The translations under genes were made by a program, and so were the position numbers. A stretch of DNA of 39,521 nucleotides from an uncultured bacterium (lineage in GTDB: Bacteria > Gemmatimonadota > Gemmatimonadetes > Gemmatimonadales > Gemmatimonadaceae): assembly GCA_963978095.1 (NCBI GenBank), contig CAXBQP010000030.1:1-39521 (forward strand), in the 5' to 3' direction. The number at the start of each line of letters is the position of its first letter. The first letter of the stretch is position 1. Positions 36,866-39,521 of this stretch are shown here, piece after piece. The notes under the pieces are model-generated. The model was not told the origin of the DNA. It worked only from the letters and a program-made list of their open reading frames with translations, and ran no database searches.

Positions 36866-38323
36866 ATGATTTCACGCTCCCTATTTTCGCGCCTCGGCGC
36901 CCTCGTCTGCGCGACCTGCCTGGCGCTACCCGCCGCCCGGGCCCAGCGCGCGGATACGGTGCGCATCGGCATCGCCGACGCGGTCGACTACGTCTTGCGC
37001 AGTTCGGACGAGAACAAGCTGGCGTTGCTCGCCGTCGACAATGCCAACGCCGCGGTCACCACGGCACGCGCCACGGGACTGCCGCAGCTCCGCTTGAACA
37101 GCAGCTACAGCCAGGTGCTCACCAATGCGCGCGCCGAGATCGTGGGCGCGGTATTCGGACAGGCATACACGTACACCAATACCTTTGCCCTGTCCCAGAC
37201 GCTATTTCAGGGAGGGAAGATCGTCGCGGCCACGCGCGCCGCGGACAAGACCCGTCAGGCAACCAGCTTTGACGCGGGTGAGACGCGCGCCCGCATCGCC
37301 TTGGATATTCAGCGCTCGTACTTGAACGCCCTTTATCTCGCGCGCATCGCCGAGCTTCAAGACCTGAACCTCAAGCTGTCCAGCGATCGACTGGCGCAGG
37401 TGGAACAGCTGTTCGCCGCCGGACGCTCGGCCCGCTTCGACGTGCTGCGGGCACGCGTGGACCGCGCGAACATCGAACCGTTGGCGATCCAGGCGCGCTC
37501 GGACCGGGACGTCGCGTTGCTCGACGTCAAGCGCTTGCTCGACATCGACATCGAGCGTCCGCTCGTGCTCACCTCTGCCCTCGATACCGCGATGGTCCGT
37601 TCGGTCGTCGCGGGCGTCGCCGCCGACAAGCTCGCGGACGACATCCGCGGAAGCGTACGTTCCGCGGAGTTCTCCCTCGAGGCGCGCCAGCAGGCGGTGC
37701 GTGTCGCGCGCGCCGACTACTTCCCCGTGGTTTCCGCCACCTTCAACTGGGGCTACCTTGCGCTCCCGACAGTCAACGGCTTTCCGGATCGACTGGGCGC
37801 CACGTCCGCCGCATTCTGTCCGACGGGTTCCACGGCGAAAGTGTGTCAGAACAACGGGTTCTTCCCCGACCGCAGCTTCTCGGTCTCCCTGACGTGGGCC
37901 GCGTTCGACGGGCTCCGGACCAAGGGAAACGTTGATCTCGCGCGTGCGTCCGCCAAGATTGCCGAAACGGTGTTGCACCAAGCGCGTGAGACGGCCGCCC
38001 TCGATCTGGCGAGGGCCCGCGCCGAGTTCGCGCGAGCACAACTCGCATACAATGCGCGGACGGTGAACGCCTCCGAAGCACAGGAGGCGTTCGAGCTGGC
38101 GACCCTTCGCTTCTCACGCGGCCTGTCAACGCAAGTCGAAGTCTCCGACGCGCAACTCGCGTTGCTCACTGCCAAGTCGACTGAAGCACGCTCCACCTAC
38201 GACCTGTATCTTGCCGCCGCCGATTTGGCGCGGCTGCGCGGTCGACCGGTGCCCCTCCCGACAGGCGGCTCCGTCAACGTCCGTTCCTCTTCAGGATTGA
38301 CCAGTGTCTCGTTCACTCGTTAG
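36866..38323 (+). CDS. TolC family outer membrane efflux protein
   Basis: Signal peptide (...LALPAARA); two OEP repeats (LPQLRL..SQTLFQGG; ARADYFPVVS..AFDG; RFSRGLSTQVEVSDAQ). Confidence 0.9.
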   Translation: MISRSLFSRLGALVCATCLALPAARAQRADTVRIGIADAVDYVLRSSDENKLALLAVDNANAAVTTARATGLPQLRLNSSYSQVLTNARAEIVGAVFGQAYTYTNTFALSQTLFQGGKIVAATRAADKTRQATSFDAGETRARIALDIQRSYLNALYLARIAELQDLNLKLSSDRLAQVEQLFAAGRSARFDVLRARVDRANIEPLAIQARSDRDVALLDVKRLLDIDIERPLVLTSALDTAMVRSVVAGVAADKLADDIRGSVRSAEFSLEARQQAVRVARADYFPVVSATFNWGYLALPTVNGFPDRLGATSAAFCPTGSTAKVCQNNGFFPDRSFSVSLTWAAFDGLRTKGNVDLARASAKIAETVLHQARETAALDLARARAEFARAQLAYNARTVNASEAQEAFELATLRFSRGLSTQVEVSDAQLALLTAKSTEARSTYDLYLAAADLARLRGRPVPLPTGGSVNVRSSSGLTSVSFTR

Positions 38324-38360
38324 CGCCGCTTCGCCCACGCAGCCTCGGCTGACGTGCCTC

Positions 38361-39468
38361 ATGCCACCCCTCGCCGCACGCGTCGCCCGGATCGTGGCCT
38401 GTGGCCTCGTCCTCGCGGTGCCGCACGCGCTCGACGCCCAGCAAACGGAGACCGGCAAGAAGGGCACGGGAAAGACCGAGGGCAGGACCGAAGGTAAAGC
38501 GGACGCCAAGAATGGAGACAGCAAGGGCGGGCGGGGCGGCGGCCGCACGGCCTCGGTGATCCTCTCCGCCACGGACGTCTTCAAGGTCACACGCAGCAGC
38601 ATCGAGGCCGGACTGCCGATCTCCGGCGATCTCCGCCCCCTCGAAACGGTCTCCGTACGTACCCGAACCGACGGTATCCTCGAGCAGGTCCTCGTGCGTG
38701 AGGGACAGGTGGTCACCGCCGGACAGTTGCTCGCCAAGTTCGAGTCGACGGAACAAGAGTCCGCGCTCGCCTCGGCAGAAGCCGATCGCATGGCGACCAA
38801 GAGCGATTACGAAACCCAGCTGTGGACGTACGAGCAGAACGTCGCGCTCCTGAAGGCCGGTGCCATCGCGGAGCGCGACATGCGCACCTCACAACAGGCG
38901 GCCGATGCCGCCAAGGCGCGCATGGCGGCTGCCGAAGCCCGCCTGCGCACGGCGCAGAATACACTGCGCGATATGCGCGTGGTCGCACCAGTCGCGGGCA
39001 TCATCAGCACCAAGAGCGTGCAGACCGGCGAGCAAACGCTCCGCGGCGCCGCGCTCTTCACCTTGGTGCGCAACGAAACGCTCGAACTCACCGCCTCCCT
39101 GCCGGCCAAACTGGCGAACGAGGTCCGCGCGGGACAGTCGGCTCGGTTCAATGCGGATGGCAAGCCGTTCACGGGCAAGGTGGCGCGCGTCAGCCCGACC
39201 ATCGACCCCACCTCGCGGAGCGTCACCGTTTACATCCAGATTCCGAACAGCAAGAACGCACTGAAGGGGAATACCTTCGCCACCGGACAGATCATTGCGC
39301 GCACCGTTGCAAATGCACTTGTCGTGCCACAGGCGGCCGTCCGTATCGGCGCCGTTGACGGCAAACCCATGGTCTACAAGGTCGAAGGAGGCGTACTCAA
39401 CGCGTCGACGGTCAAGACGGGCATCAGCGACGACGCGCGTGGCGTGGTGGAGATCCTCGAAGGGGTGC
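38361..39468 (+). CDS. Efflux periplasmic adaptor subunit (MFP), 3'-truncated by adapter
   Basis: Lipoyl/hairpin motifs VLVREGQVVTAGQLL, VVAPVAGII, GKVARVSPTIDP, ALVVPQAAV; tail IGRASCRERV is translated adapter. Confidence 0.88.
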
Positions 39469-39521
39469 AGATCGGAAGAGCGTCGTGTAGGGAAAGAGTG
39501 TAGATCTCGGTGGTCGCCGTA
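39469..39521 (-). other. Illumina P5/universal adapter (sequencing artefact)
   Basis: AGATCGGAAGAGCGTCGTGTAGGGAAAGAGTGTAGATCTCGGTGGTCGCCGTA exact match. Confidence 0.99.

Overview
A GC-rich bacterial chromosomal fragment; the gene repertoire and style suggest Gemmatimonadota, which is an inference. Both ends are untrimmed Illumina adapters (P7 plus index at 6-71, P5 reverse complement at 39469-39521), so the two terminal genes (mprF and an efflux adaptor) are truncated and end in artefactual peptides. The main genes are: a ~1960-aa secreted fusion (DUF5107-like domain, TPR array, DUF6067/GH123-like module); an S9 peptidase; a YtcJ-like amidohydrolase with a variant Tat signal; dctA; two TauE exporters; an AAA/DUF4143 ATPase; SCO coupled to a GHL10 hydrolase; an SDR; DUF1295; tRNA-Cys; DUF2256; a DASS transporter; GSIII; a zinc-ribbon membrane protein; and TolC with its adaptor. 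A four-gene run encodes a beta-lactamase-fold/Ycf48-propeller fusion, a plant-FAAH-like amidase, TauE and a CstB-like persulfide dioxygenase-rhodanese. A glnA (GSI), GT-C-like and Omp85-like operon converges on GSIII. There are two gene remnants (an SF1 helicase C-terminus and a class-V aminotransferase N-terminus) and an uncalled 39-aa membrane microprotein. Highlights are seven genes whose start codon lies 6-7 nt after a TAnnnT -10 box (leaderless architecture), the FAAH/sulfur operon, the glnA/GT-C/Omp85 operon, the giant fusion and a structured intergenic element next to tRNA-Cys. No CRISPR array, integrase or transposase was seen. Family assignments come from motif recognition by eye, not database searches.
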